Assembly (NCBI GenBank): GCA_964016885.1
Contig: OZ024740.1
Span: 131,750,001 to 131,814,000 of the forward strand
Origin: Eledone cirrhosa
Lineage: Eukaryota
Direction of reading: 5' to 3'
DNA length: 64,000 nucleotides
Made by a program: the position numbers and the translations under genes. The notes beneath the pieces are model-generated. The model saw only the letters and a list, made by a program, of their open reading frames with translations. It ran no database searches and had not been told where the DNA came from. Shown here piece after piece: positions 12,822 through 28,994 of the stretch; the first letter of the stretch is position 1, and each line of letters opens with the position of its first letter.

Positions 12822-13982
12822 CGAAGGAAATGTGGTAAGGAACCAGGTGGACCATAACGCCCCAAAGTACACAATACTTAGGATAGTAGAGTGCGTAATA
12901 GGAACAAGTAGGACCCCGACCGCTGAGCTCAAGCAGTTTCAACGGCTAATTCTGGACTAAATGAACATATTTATCCTGGTATTTGAATAGCCGAGCTTCT
13001 CAGGGGGTAATTCCATATATGGTAAAAGTGATTGTCACAAGGGTTGGTCAAAAGTTTGTTGTTGAGACATAATAATTCTATCATGGTAATTTGTGGAGGG
13101 AAGGGGTAGCTGAACCTGCCAGTAGAAGAGAGAGGGAGAGGGGATGTGAGAAACACGGTCGTGCGTTGATAGTGCCAACTACGGCTGGGCAGGAGGTCAA
13201 AGAAGATACTAGGGGGGGGGGTCGTAACAATAAGTAAAATAATATGGGGTAAATATATAGAAAAATACCGCAATTAAGTGTAAAGAAAAAAACATTTTCT
13301 GGTTACTATAACCTAAGGATAGCTATGAAGTCTCTCAAGAAAGGTTTACTAGGTGGGACGGAATTATAATGAGACCCTTTTAAGAGGTATAAGTAAACAT
13401 CCGAATATATTTTACGGTGACGGGTTAACAAGTGAGGGTCCAAACTACTAAAGAAACTACCACGAAATAATAATTGGGAGTCCCGAGACCAGTACGAAAT
13501 AAAGATGCCTACCCCAGGCACAAGGCCAGCAACCACCCAGTGCAAAAAAAATAAACTAATACAAAATAATAATTCAGAATCCGGAAAAAGAATACTAATA
13601 CTATATCTAAGGGTGCCGCCACGCTACAATAATTCTAGTGCAAACTACATAAATGCTCGTACGAAGTATATGTAACATGTGATACGGAAAATTAATTCAG
13701 AACACCCCCCCCCCCCCCTAAACTGAATAAATAAATACTGATATACGAGAAATTTAAGCAAATATACCACTAAGAAATATAAAAAGCACAGAATTGCCAT
13801 GATAGAATTATTATGTCTCAACAACAAACTTTTGACCAATCCTTGTGACAATCACATTTACCATATATGGAATTACACCCTGAGAAGCCGGCTATTCAAA
13901 TACCAGTATATAAATGTTCATTTAGTCCAGAATTATCCTTCGAAACGGCTTGAGATCAGCCGTCGGAGTCCTACGTGTTCCT
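12821..13982. mobile_element. non-coding fold-back pLTR element (duplicate 15751-16935; relative 28805-29898)
   Basis: Inverted arms of about 190 bp (12900-13090 and 13793-13982), each with an HHR fold. (TA)n on both sides. Confidence 0.88.
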
Positions 13983-14006
13983 ATATATATATATATATAT
14001 ATATAC

Positions 14007-14113
<107 letters not shown>

Positions 14114-14460
14114 CGCACATACATTTATATATATATATACATATATATATACATAATTATAAAATTAAATAAAGATAAATAAACGAGTATATATCATATA
14201 CTAAAGTAATCAGTCACATCACCTTACACAGACAAAATACGTTTACCGTCAAATAATACATCAATAAAAGTAAAATATAAAGTCAAATATAAAAATGAAA
14301 AAAATAATAAAAAATAAATAAAAATAAAAAATAAAAAATACCAAGTTGACAGCGATAGGAAAGAGTAAAAATAAATAAACAAACACGTGGTAAGCGAATG
14401 CATAAAAAAATAAATATACATATATATATATAATTATATTATCGGAGGTAGCTAATAGTG

Positions 14461-14622
<162 letters not shown>

Positions 14623-14763
14623 AGTTTATGTTGGTTGTATACCAACACCTCAGTATGCAGGCGGGAGCACTCGACGAAGTGCGCAGGTTGGTTTGGTTAC
14701 TCCGGAGTAGTGTAAAATAAAGTTAAATAAAAGTCAAATGATTAAAATTTAGCTTCGTTTATT

Positions 14764-14818
14764 ACTGCTATATATATTTCAGTGACAGCCATCTTTGGTT
14801 GTGACCTCTTCAGGCAGT
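14764..14818 (-). ncRNA. minimal type I hammerhead in a solo pLTR (14621-14925)
   Basis: ACUGC-CUGAAGA-GGUCACAACCA(AAGA)UGGCUGUCACU-GAAAU-AUAU-AUA/GCAGU. Confidence 0.82.
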
Positions 14819-14921
14819 TTGAATTAGTATGGTATAGACAAGTACATATGTTGTTTAGGTGTATGATATTGTCAATACTCTGATATGCCCAGTTCCTTGT
14901 TGGGTTGTTAATTCACTGGGG

Positions 14922-14999
<78 letters not shown>

Positions 15000-16827
15000 G
15001 TGTACATTCTTATATTTAAGTAACAGCCGTACAAAGAGTGGGAAATGAAATTTCGTTTCATTTTTCCGTTTATCGTTTTCGGTGCACACGGCCGATTAAC
15101 CCACTCTATATGCAAATTGGGCTACTCAGCCGTTAATATGCACAAGGAAAGTATATACTTTCAGACGTTCAACAATCTGGCAGGAAGGTATACGTTGCTG
15201 ACGATAGCTAATAAGCTTGAAACTAGAACAGCGTTCCTTTGTCAGTGTTGAACAAACGAGCAACGACTGTTGCTAGACACAGCGGTTTAATACGGGATGT
15301 TTGTTTACAAACACACCAAGGATTATAATGGATGTTCGGTGAATCCATGCGTGCATATATATATATATATATGTGCATGTTTGTATATATATATATATAC
15401 ATACTACTCTACGTCTGTATACATATATGTATGTACGTTTACATACTTATATTTAAGTAACAGCCGTACTAGCATGGAAATGAAATTTCGTTTCATTGTT
15501 TCCGTTTATATGTATATATATAACCAAGGAAATGTGGTAAGGAACCAGGTGGACCATAACGCACCAAAGTACTCAATACTTAGGGTAGTAGAGTAGGTAA
15601 TAGGAACGAGTAGGACCCCGACGGCTGAGCTCAAGCCGTATCGACGGTCATTATTGTCTAAAATCCTTTTTAGTCCAGAATCAGCCGTCGAAACGGCTTG
15701 AGCTCAGCCGCTGGCGTCCTACTCGTTCATATATATATATATATATATATAACGAAGGAAATGTGGTAAGGAACCAGGTGGACCATAACGCACCAAAGTA
15801 CACAATACTTAGGGTAGTAGAGTGTGTAATAGGAACAAGTAGGACCCCGACCGCTGAGCTCAAGCAGTTTCAACGGCTAATTCTGGACTAAATGAACATA
15901 TTTATCCTGGTATTGGAATAGCCGAGCTTCTCAGGGGGTAATTCCATATATGGTAAAAGTGATTGTCACAAGGATTGGTCAAAAGTTTGTTGTTGAGACA
16001 TAATAATTCTATCATGGCAATTTGTGGAGGGAACGGGTAGCTGAACCTGCCAGTAGAAGAGAGAGGGAGAGGGGATGTGAGAAACACGGTCATGCGTTGA
16101 TAGTGCCAACTACGGCTGGGCAGGAGGTCAAAGAAGATACTAGGGGGGGGGGTCGTAACAATAAGTAAACTAATATGAGGTAAATATATAGTAAAATACC
16201 GGGAGTGTTAAAAAAAGCAATTAAGTGTAAAGAAAAAAAAAATTCTGGTTACTATAACCTAAGGACAGCTATGAAGTCTCTCAAGAAAGGTTTACTAGGT
16301 GGGACGGAATTATAATGAGACCCTTTTAAGAGGTATAAGTAAACATCCGAATATATCTTACGGTGACGGGTCAACAAGTGAGGGGCCAAAATACTAAAGA
16401 AACTACCACGAAATAATAAATCGGAGTCCCGAGACCAGAACGAAATAAAGGTTCCTACCCCAGGCACAAGGCCAGCAACCACCCAGTGCAAAAAAAATAA
16501 ACTAATACAAAATAATAATTCAGAATCCCGAAAAAGAATACTAATACTATATCTAAGGGTGCAGCCACGCTACAAAATTTCTAGTGCAAACTACATAAAT
16601 GCTCGTACGAAGTATATGTAAAATGTGATACGGAAAATTAATTCCGACCCCCCCCCCCCCCCTCCCCCTCCTAAACAGAATAAATAAATACTGATATACG
16701 AGAACTTTAAGAAAATATACCACTAAGAAATATAGAAATCACGGAATTGCCATGATAGAATTACTATGTCTCAACAACAAACTGTTGACCAATCCTTGTG
16801 ACAATCACTTTTACCATATATGGAATT

Positions 16828-16923
16828 ACACCCTGAGAAGCTCGGCTATTCAAATACCAGGATATAAATGTTCATTTATTCCAGAATTATCCGTCGAAAC
16901 GGCTTGAGCTCAGCCGTCGGGGT
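16828..16923 (+). ncRNA. type I hammerhead fold with stable stem III and GUC site, core CUGAGAA (C3.A8 mismatch)
   Basis: GAAA-CGGC(UUGAGCUCA)GCCG-UC/GGGGU. Related copies at 12913-13008 (-), about 13875-13970 (+) and 15844-15939 (-). Confidence 0.6.
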
Positions 16924-16935
16924 CCTACTTGTTCC

Positions 16936-17021
<86 letters not shown>

Positions 17022-17278
17022 CATGTATATATACACATATATACATATATATACACATATATATACGCACACATATACACATACACAATTATATATATGT
17101 ATATATATATATACATACACTTACATAAACATATACACACACACATAAACAAACACAGGCACATACATGGACATATACAGACATATATATAAATATACAG
17201 TACAAACACATACACAGATAAGGATAGACATACAAAACATATACACACACATATATACAATAATATATATATATATAT

Positions 17279-17327
<49 letters not shown>

Positions 17328-17328
<1 letters not shown>

Positions 17329-19811
17329 AAGAGGTAGCTACTGTAAGTTGTGGGATCTATTCTGTATGGAGAACTCAATGTAATCCATATGTTGAAAATG
17401 TTGTAGGTTAAGATATATATCAGAAAACAATAAAACATTAAAAGGAAAGCAGTGTCATGATATAAGTTAAAACAATGAAATAAAAAAATCAAGTCATTAG
17501 AGATATACTTCACTGCTTTACAATCGTTTCTAGATTGTGATAATACATTGTATCTATACTCAGTTATTGATCTATGTAAGTTTACAAACTATCATATAGA
17601 GAGGATCTATTATTTTCTAAGAATCTTAGCAATTCCAATATAGAGAAGAAGAAAAAGCCAATTAGAAAATTCCTCAGGGACTATTACAGCCTTAACATCA
17701 CTTTTGAAAAACTTCAAACGTAGCTAATTTCCTCGATGTTACCTTAGTTCTCTACGAATACTTATCAACCATACCACAATCCTAACCAAATCTCCATTAT
17801 GTACATTCATGATCTAACCACCTAGGCTCTATACTCAAGAACTTAGTATATAACATTACTCTTAGACTTTCTAAATTATCTTCCAATGAAGATATATTTC
17901 ATAATAATGCACCCTTCTACAACGAGGCCTTAACTAGAAGTGGATTTAAAGAAAAAATCTCATATGTCCCCAACACTACTATGGACCAAAACATAAAACC
18001 TATCAAAAACTAGAAACACCAAAAAATACCATTGAAACAAATACCTAGAGTGGTTATTCATATAACACCAAACAACTATTACTACAATGTTATCAATGTT
18101 ATCAACCAACATATGAATACCAAGCACTCAAAATTTCATAATCTACCCCAAAATAACACCAAATACAACCACGATGACTTACCAAATTCCAGAAATAAGG
18201 ACACTAACCATAGGGTCTCTTCTAGAACACAACACAATAATATAAGGGATAATAAAAACTTAACTAAAAACCGCAAAAGAAACATAACATGATACAACGC
18301 ACCCATCAACCTGCAAACTATTGGACAAATCCCCCCAAAATTCTTTGAAATACTACATAAACATTTTCCACCAAACCACAGATACCACCAACAATTTAAT
18401 ATATATACAGTTAAATTCTCATACTCTATATCAAACAATCTCAAACAAAAAATAAGCAACATATCATTTATAAACTTTAAAATAATATGACTACACCACC
18501 GCAACATAATTTAAATAGGACTGCACCTTTTAAAAAGACAAATAATACAATCTTCAACCTAGAAAACACAACCACCCATATCACCAACACAAAAACAACA
18601 GAAGACAAAATTACAATACAACTCTAGCACCAAACCACCCACAAAGCAACCTTCATTCTCCTGTTACCATTAATTACAATAGGAATAGCTCAAGGATAAA
18701 TGAGAATAGTAACCCCCCCCCCCCCCCCAACCATCTTACGTATGGCTGTAATTGCAGAAATAGAAGCATTTTTCCTCTTAAATGGAAACTGTTTGATTAA
18801 TAATGTGATATATAAATGCACTGTGTCTACTACATACTCCAACAAAACATGTATATGATCTAAATGAAACACATTTAAGAAAAGATTTTACGCACACTTT
18901 AGTAGTTTCAACAATACTAAACTAGCAAACACTACATCTTTAGCTGAAGCGGTAGATAATTATAAAAAGAAAAAAATAGATTTGAAGTTATCGTGGAACA
19001 CCATCCTACAAAAAATTCCATATGTTGGAAACAGGAGGGAGTGCACATTATGCTCAGGAGAGATCTTCGAAAATATGCACTTTGTAGACAATAAAATGTA
19101 TGTGCTTTAACTATTCCAACATGTACTTATCTGAGTTTGATAGTTTATGCATAAACATACTTAGTAATATTTTAGTGCGTATAATAAGTTATATTATACT
19201 GAGTGCAATTTAACACACCGTACTATATTGTGTTGGTTAAGTTGTATATTATCGCATTACTGTATCTCATTATCTTATTATAATTTTAATCTTTTAATAT
19301 ACTATCTTTCCTAGTCATAACATAAATTTATATTCACCTTACAACTCAATACAAAACTAATCACCATTTATTTTGACATTCCTTTTAAATTCACTATACA
19401 AGATACATTCAACTATCAGTTTGACACTGGCCTTCCTTCCCAATCGATTTTTTGGCCATTTCTACTAACACCTTTCAACCATTCTATTCAAAGGGTCATG
19501 ACCTCAACTAAAGTGTATTACTTTTCATCTTAACACCATAGGAAAAAAACAATTTGATTCGTTAGTTCTTCAACTACCTTCGAATATGGACATGATACTA
19601 ATTCTGAGTAGAATTATTATTGAATGAATTATTATTGCTTTTGAAAACAGCTGGTGATATGCATGTAAGTAAATATTCTCTCATCTGATAGTGTGTAAAC
19701 TTACATAGATCAATAACTTAGTAGAGATATAATGAATTACACCATCTAGAAACGATCCTAAAGCAGTGATGTATATCTCTAATGACTTGATTTTTTATTT
19801 CATTGTTTTAA

Positions 19812-19814
<3 letters not shown>
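17328..19814 (+). mobile_element. 5'-truncated, decayed Penelope-like element with inverted pLTR
   Basis: Remnants NFLDVTL, RLSKLSSNEDIF, RKRNIT*YNAP, FFEILHKHFPPNH, CNCRN..LNGNCLINNVIYKCTV. Inverted arms 17461-17593 and 19688-19816. Confidence 0.88.
19631..19770 (+). ncRNA. hammerhead fold with U3-A8 core and about 100-nt stem II insert
   Basis: 10-bp stem I AUUAUUGCUU/AAGCAGUGAU, core UUGAAAA, GAAAC-GAUC-CUA (GUA in the inverted arm). Confidence 0.6.
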
Positions 19815-19877
<63 letters not shown>

Positions 19878-19879
<2 letters not shown>

Positions 19880-20118
19880 AAATAATAGAGGCGTAACACA
19901 CGAGTTGTGATATATTGGTAAAAGGAAAAGAGAATGCTGAAAAATTGTTCCCAGTGAAAAATAGTTTAATTAGGAATAAGTATAAATTAGTAATACGTAT
20001 TTGTTAGTATTCAGTTTTAGTTTTAAGTTTTTAACAATACTTATTACTAATTTTTACTTATTCCTAATTAAACTATTTTTCACTGGGAACAATTTAGCAG
20101 CATTTTCTTTTCCTTTTA

Positions 20119-20125
<7 letters not shown>
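19878..20125. repeat. fold-back repeat with arms of about 95 bp
   Basis: 19912-20005 is the near reverse complement of 20032-20125. Flanked by (TA)n. Confidence 0.85.
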
Positions 20126-20149
<24 letters not shown>

Positions 20150-20158
<9 letters not shown>

Positions 20159-20372
20159 AACGATTGACTTTCATCAAATCGGACCGAGGAAACAATGTTT
20201 CCGTTGGTCTTTCTAATTGCTAATACTATCTATCGGTCGCAACTCCAGGTAGAAGGAGCAACGTGAAATAAAATGTCTTGCTCAAGGACATAACGCATCG
20301 CCCGGTCCAGGAATTGAACTCACAACATCACGATTGCGAATCCAATTCTCTAACCACTCAGCCACGCGCCTT
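20150..20372 (-). mobile_element. tRNA-derived SINE with CORE-like domain
   Basis: Minus strand GGCGCGTGGCTGAGTGGTTAGAG (A box) ... GAGTTCAATTCC (B box) ... GTCCTTGAGCAAGACA. Confidence 0.8.
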
Positions 20373-20391
20373 GAAATATATATATATATAA

Positions 20392-21629
<1,238 letters not shown>

Positions 21630-21702
21630 CATATACATAGGTACACACATATATACACATACATTCATACGCATATACACAATTACATACATACACACAG
21701 AA

Positions 21703-21775
<73 letters not shown>

Positions 21776-21787
21776 TATATATATAAC

Positions 21788-22140
21788 GACGAACTGTTAA
21801 GATCTCATTCCTGAATATGTTAATATTTATAAAACAAACTTTGTATTTCATCTGATGATAGCGTAGCAAAGTTTTGGTAACCTTGAAATATATAATAGAA
21901 TAAATTTGGTTTTATAAATATAGATTCCATTTATTAATGTCATTGATATATATATATATATATATATATAAAATAACATTAATAAATGGAATCTATATTT
22001 ATAAAACCAAATGTATTCCATTATATATTTCAAGGTTACCAAAACGTTGGTACACTATCATCAGATGAAATGCAAAGTTTGTTTTATAAATATTGACATA
22101 TCCAGGAACGAGATCTTAACAGGTCAAGTTTTACCTGGAC
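21788..22140. mobile_element. tail-to-tail inverted pLTR pair around a central (TA)n
   Basis: Arms 21793-21940 and 21975-22122. HHRs at 21844-21902 (+) and 22015-22071 (-), both with CUGAUGA...GAAAUAUAUA. Confidence 0.85.
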
Positions 22141-22956
22141 ATATATATATATAGCACTGCACAACATGTATCCTAGTTTAGCAATGAAAAGTCCACCGGT
22201 ACACAAAAGCTGGTACATTACTGTTTCAAATTCCGAGAAATGTCAACTAGCAAAAGATTTAAAATTAATCCATCGGCCTATGATGGTTTTCCGAAAATCG
22301 ATCTTACAACCATATTTTCAATTGCTGCTGGTATCTACGTGTGGCATTATCTACTAGTCTATCAGCAAATGACAGAAGCTGCGGCGGACTGGCTGGGGTT
22401 GGCGTTAATGCTTAATATAGCAGCATGGTTTCACCAATATGGAGCATTCAACCATAATTAATGAAAGAATTGTAAGAGTTATTTGTCATAAGGGTTTACA
22501 TCGATATAATTATATGTGAGGGTGCGTGAATCTATGTGTATGCGTGTTGAACTTTGAAGTATTTCATAATAGATGAGAATTACTCTTCACACATCAAACT
22601 AATATAAATCAATCATTTACACCATACATCTGAATATTTATTTATTTAATGAAATATTTTTCGCAAAGAAAATAAATCTCCCTGTGTTTCCTGGTGTTTT
22701 AAATTTCTATAATGTAATGTTAACTTGCAGGTTCGCTCTAGTGGATATGAAGATCAACTTATTGAGCAAAATGTAGCTTTTATTTCCCTGTGTGTTTCAT
22801 TTTACTTAGATGTATACGCAACACTGCGGTAAATAAGAGTAAACCAGAAAACTATTAAATAAATATCCGAAAAGCTTAAAGGATTTCAATTCATCCATGT
22901 AAATGCGCAATAATGTATACAGATATACCTGATATATCTTATATATATATATATAA

Positions 22957-23139
<183 letters not shown>

Positions 23140-23302
23140 TATATATAATTGAATAAACACGAGAGACGAACACTGATATAAACATACATGTGTTCGAATC
23201 GTCATTTGCTAGGGCGTTCAATTATATTGTACGGCTCGGAGAAGCTTTTTTCTTAGAGCTATTTAATTGTAAGGGGCCACCCTGAGTTCTTAACCCGATA
23301 TA

Positions 23303-23340
<38 letters not shown>

Positions 23341-23559
23341 GGAGGGCCATATTTGTGTAATATTGCCACAATTAATAACAGAACACACTCACTGTTCGGT
23401 TGGTTTTCGCTTTTCGCTTCTGTGTCTTTTATATCGGTAATCTAATTTATTGGGTCCTCAATGTTGCCTTTGACTGGCCAACGGTCAACAATAATACAGA
23501 TACAATATAGACACAAACACATATATATAGTTTATCAAAGTTCTTTCGTTGCACATCTG

Positions 23560-23596
<37 letters not shown>

Positions 23597-23599
<3 letters not shown>

Positions 23600-26320
23600 A
23601 TAAAAAGAAGAAATCGAAAATTCAACTGAGGTCTTTTTTTTTTTTTATTTATATATATATGTGGTTCCTTTAACGGTTTCGCAGTTCTTCTGCTTTTTAA
23701 AATTAGAGTTGAAATGGAGGGGCTGTGGTTTTTCTCACACCTGGTTGGTATTTGAATGTTACTTGTTTTATATGGAGAAAAGTGGCCTGAAACTGCCAGA
23801 TTTTTAGAGACGTAATTTGATTGGTTGGACAATAAGTATAATAAATTTCACGCCAGTTCGCGTTAGAGTTCTTGAAACACGGGTGGGGGGAATTCAGGTT
23901 GTTTTTTCATATGTGAGTGAGGTTGGGTTGGTTGATGCAGTCACGTGAATAAGCACATCAGCTTTCGCGCCAGTTTGTTTGAATTTCTTTTTACTTAAAA
24001 AAGGGGTTCACGGAAGCTTTTTTTTATAAATGTAATTTGATTGGTTATAAATGAAATTATGGTTTTCACGTGAAGAAGTTCCTTAAATTTCACGCCCGTA
24101 TTTGGGAATTATTTTGTATCCTTTTAGATAATTTTATGAGAAACAAAAGATAATTGTCAAGAGAAATGGGCTGGTTCAGTGAATATGGCAGGTTTTTTTT
24201 CATATATGAGTGAAGTTTGGTTGGTCGATGCAGTCACGTGAATAAGCCCATCAACTTTCGCGTCAGTTTGTTTGAATTTCTTCTTATTTTAAAAAAAGTG
24301 GCTCGCGAAGGCTTTTGTTTTAATGAAAGTAATTTGATTGGTTATAAATGAAATAATGACTGTCACGTAAACAAGTTCATTAAATTTCGTGCCCGCATTT
24401 GGGAATTTATTGTGTAGCCTTTTAGAGAATGTCATGACAAACAAAAGATAATGGTCAAGAGAAATTGGATGGGAGAATTGTTCTAGTTCAGTGAATATGG
24501 CTGGTTCGCTGGGGTGTCAGAATTCAGTATTTCTATTGAAATAAAGATAGTAGAGATATGTATGTTTATTTGTGTGCTTGTGTGTGTGTGTGTGTAGTAG
24601 AAATGGGGGAGGGAGTTGTGTGTGTGTATATATGGGTGTTATGTGTGTGTGTGTGTAGGAGTATGTTAAGATGAAAATAATATATATATATATATTGTGT
24701 GTGTGTATGGTATGTGTGTAGGGAAGTGATTCTATTAGTAGAAATGGGGGAGGGATTTGTGTGTGGGGGGGAGGGCGTTATGTGTGTGTGTATGGGTGTT
24801 ATATGTGTGTGGGAGTATGGTTAGCATGTAAAGATGAAGAGAATATATATACTTTGTGTGTGTGTGCGTGTGTGTGTGTGTGTAGGAAAATGATTCCGTT
24901 AGTAGAAATATGTTTGAATGAACATATTTTCCTTATTTATTCTTATTTGTTCTGTTGCATTGTCAGCGCAAACATATGTCAGGTTTATTTAGTTCGGGTT
25001 TTTATTTTCTAAAGTAGAAGGTGTTATGTGTGTGTGTGTATGTGTCTGTTTGGATGGTTATCATGTTATGGTGTTGACATAATGTATATTAAACCATATT
25101 TAATGCTGGTCTATATTTTTTTATATACATATTTTCCTTATTTATTCGTATTTGTTCTGTTGTATTGTCAGCGCAAAGGTTTAATATACATTATGTCAAC
25201 ACCATAACATGCTAACCATCCAAACAGACACATACACACACACATAACACGTTCTACTTTAGAAAATAAAAACCCGAACGAAATAAACCTTAACATACGT
25301 TTGCGCTGACAACGCAACAGAACACATACGAATAAATAAGAAAAATACCTTCAATCAAAAATATTTCTACTAACGGAATCACCCCCCCCCCCCCAACACA
25401 CGCATACACAGACACACACACACACACACACAAAATATATATATTCTCTTCATCTTAACATGCTAACCATACTCCCATACACACACACAACTCCCTCCCG
25501 CATTTCAACTAATAGAATCACTTTCCTGCACACAAACACTCAAACAAAATATATATATTCTCTCCATCTTAACATACCCCCCCACACACACACACTTAAC
25601 CCTCGTACACACACACACACGACTCCCGCCCCTATTTCTACTAATAGAATCATCTTCATATACACACACTCACAATCACACAAATAAACATACATATCTC
25701 TACTTTTTTTTTATTTAAATAGAAAGTCTGACTTCTGACACCCCAGCGAACCAGCCATATTCACTGAACCAGAACAATTCTCCCATCCCATTTCTCTTGA
25801 CCATTATCTTTTGTTTGTCATAAAATTCTCTAAAAGGCTACAAAATAAATTTCCAAATACGGGCGCAAAATTTAATGAACTTCTTCACGTGACAGTCATA
25901 ATTTCATTTATAACCAATCAAATTACATGTATTTAAGCAAGCCATCGTGAGTGCCTTTTTTAAGTAAAAAGAAATTCAAGCAAACTGGCGCGAAAGCTGA
26001 TGTGCTTATTCACGTGAATGGATCAACCAAACAAACCTCACTCATATATATAAAAACCTGGCGTTTCGAGCTACTATTCTCCATATAAAACAAGTAACAT
26101 TCAAAGACAAACCAGATGTGAGACAAACCACAGACCCTCCAAACCAACTCTACTTTTGAAAAGCAGAAGAACTGCGAAACCGGTAAAGGAACCAAATAAA
26201 TATATATATATTTTTTTTAATAAGACTCCAGTTGCATTTTGGATTTTATCTCTTTTTCTTCATACTTTCTCTCGTGTAGGACACCTCGGTTATTTTTCAT
26301 TTTGTAAAAAAACTCACTTT
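23597..26320. mobile_element. fold-back element of about 2.7 kb with internal duplication
   Basis: Arms meet near 25095-25178. The left arm duplicates a block of about 300 bp (23900-24200 and 24200-24500). HHR motif near each outer end. Confidence 0.85.
26151..26190 (+). ncRNA. minimal hammerhead, U3-A8 core
   Basis: CUU-UUGAAAA-GCAG(AAGAA)CUGC-GAAAC-CG-GUA/AAG. Confidence 0.6.
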
Positions 26321-26326
26321 CTAATA

Positions 26327-26453
<127 letters not shown>

Positions 26454-26949
26454 TAAATCATATCCTTAGAATAGTTAGATAAAATACATACAATTTCCTC
26501 TCCCAATCAGCATAATTAACCATATAAAAAATCAATTAGACCAGGCTATAGGAATAAACGCTCCTATGCAGAAATATTTCATAAATAACCGAAAGCAGCC
26601 TCTTCGCTGTTGGCCACAATAGTGTATTTACCCAACATTTCAACAGCACGTAGAAACCAAATATATCGTCAACCATACACAATTAGGTATACATTTAAAG
26701 TTAGAAGAAATGTGCACATACCGTAATTATATATCTACCATGGGGTCGGTCGAATTTTGAGATGTCCTATTAAGGATAATTCTCGAGTATCGAACTCATC
26801 AAGAGACAAATTCAATGGGACAATTAAATTTCCAAAGCGATCCCGCCAGAAATAGATTTTTAAAATGGGTATAAATGAGCCAATTCGTGAACGGTTGCCA
26901 CATATATATCTGTGATTTTATGTATATATAAATTTTTATATATATATAT

Positions 26950-27091
26950 GTACGTCAATACTAATCTTTTTTCCATTTATCTGAGGGTTCTAAACCCCAT
27001 TATCAGGCTAAAATTCCTTTAGTCAAAAATACGGTGAAGCTATTCTATTTTCTAATTTCAAACCTGCTCACTGTTTCAAAACATACTTACT

Positions 27092-27092
<1 letters not shown>
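26950..27092. repeat. dispersed repeat (inverted copy at about 54764-54905)
   Basis: TACGTCAATACT..CTGAGGGTTCTAAACCCCA..TTCAAAACATACTTAC shared by both copies. Confidence 0.8.
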
Positions 27093-27173
<81 letters not shown>

Positions 27174-27576
27174 CCGTTAATATACATAAGGTAAGTATGT
27201 ACGTTCAACAATCTGGTGGCAGGAAGGTATACGTTGCTGACGATAGCTAATAAACTTGAAACTAGTACAGGCCTCCTTTGTCAGTATTGAACAAACGAGC
27301 AACGATGGTTGCTGGACACTACGGCTTAATACGGGATGTTTGTTTACAAACACACCGAGCATTATAATAAATGTTCGGTGAATCCATACGTACATATATA
27401 TTTGTGTGCATGTATGTATATATATATATAATACTACAGTACGTCTGTATACATATATGTATGTACGTGTACATACTTATATTTAAGTAACAGCCGTACT
27501 AAGAGTGGGAAATGAAATTTCGTTTCATTTTTTCCGTTTATATATATATAAATATATATATACATATACAAATAGA

Positions 27577-27635
<59 letters not shown>

Positions 27636-27724
27636 GTGCCTCTACGGTTCTTGTATATTTGATATGTATTTATCCTTATCGAACCCTCTTTGGATTTTAG
27701 CCTTCAAATGTATTATTATTACTG

Positions 27725-27861
<137 letters not shown>

Positions 27862-27907
27862 CGTAAAATAAGAAAATTATAAATATTAACTTACTTATTA
27901 AAATTTC

Positions 27908-27989
27908 ACTCCAGCTAATTAGTTTCTGAAAGGGAATAAATCTAGTTTCCGAAGAAATGTACGGAGAAGCCTTTCGTCATCAGGGAAGT
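27908..27989 (-). ncRNA. decayed hammerhead (cleavage triplet mutated to GCU) in a solo pLTR
   Basis: UUCC-CUGAUGA-C-GAAAGG...CCUUUC-A-GAAAC-UAAUUA-GCU/GGAG. Confidence 0.5.
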
Positions 27990-28634
27990 CTATTCTCAGC
28001 TAAGTTTCCTGGCAATACATGGACACACGGAACTTATACAAAAATAATTCAGTGAATGGAAAAAAGCAAAGTGTGGACTAAGTTCCAAGCCATTGAAAAA
28101 ATCACTGCCTACTGCGTCGGTGGCAAATTCAAAAGAATCAATCACGTGACATCAAGGTCAATCAGTGAAGAGTGGTTTGTTAAGCAGACAGCAGCTGGAC
28201 TGTTACTATGAACTATAGTAGCAGTTTTGGCCAATTTTGGCCAATTTTGGCTCGACAAAATAATTTGGAGATAATTATAAAGAATTAGTATATTTACTAA
28301 CATATATATACAGATGCATACCTATGCCAGCAAATATATAGGTTTTGTCTTAGTAACTTTGTGGTCCCTCCAGTGAAAGCCATGGGTCTGTATGCGATAT
28401 ATATATATTTAATTGCATTCATATATATATATATATGAGGAAGGATGTGTGATAAGGAACCAGGTGGACCATAACGCACCAGAGTATTCAATACTTAGGG
28501 CAGTAGAGTGGGTAATAGGAAAATGTTCAAGAACCCGCAGACAGAGCTCAGCCGTTTCGACGGCTATTTCTGGAGTCCAGAAATAGCCGTCGAAACGGCT
28601 CCAGCCCTGCCGTCGGGGTTTTGAACTGTTTCCC

Positions 28635-28717
<83 letters not shown>

Positions 28718-28896
28718 TATTGAAGTTTCCATTGAAAATTGAAAAAGTCATAGGAGTGATGAGTGCTCTATGTAAGTACCAGAACTAAATTAATATATAT
28801 TTATACCTAACGAGTTGTGGTAAGGACGAGTTGGACCATAACGCACCAGAGTACTCAATACTTAGGGTAGTAGAGTAGGTAATAGGAGATAGTATG

Positions 28897-28994
28897 ACCC
28901 CGACGGCAGAGCTCATGCGGTTTCGACGGCTATTTCTGGACTAAAGCAAGGGCTTTTTAGTCTGGTAAATGAATAACCGAACTTCTCAAGGGGT
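28897..28994 (-). ncRNA. type I hammerhead, U3-A8 core, GUC site
   Basis: ACCCC-UUGAGAA-G..CGGUUAUU...AAUAGCCG-UC-GAAA-CCGC(AUGAGCUCU)GCCG-UC/GGGGU. Confidence 0.65.
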
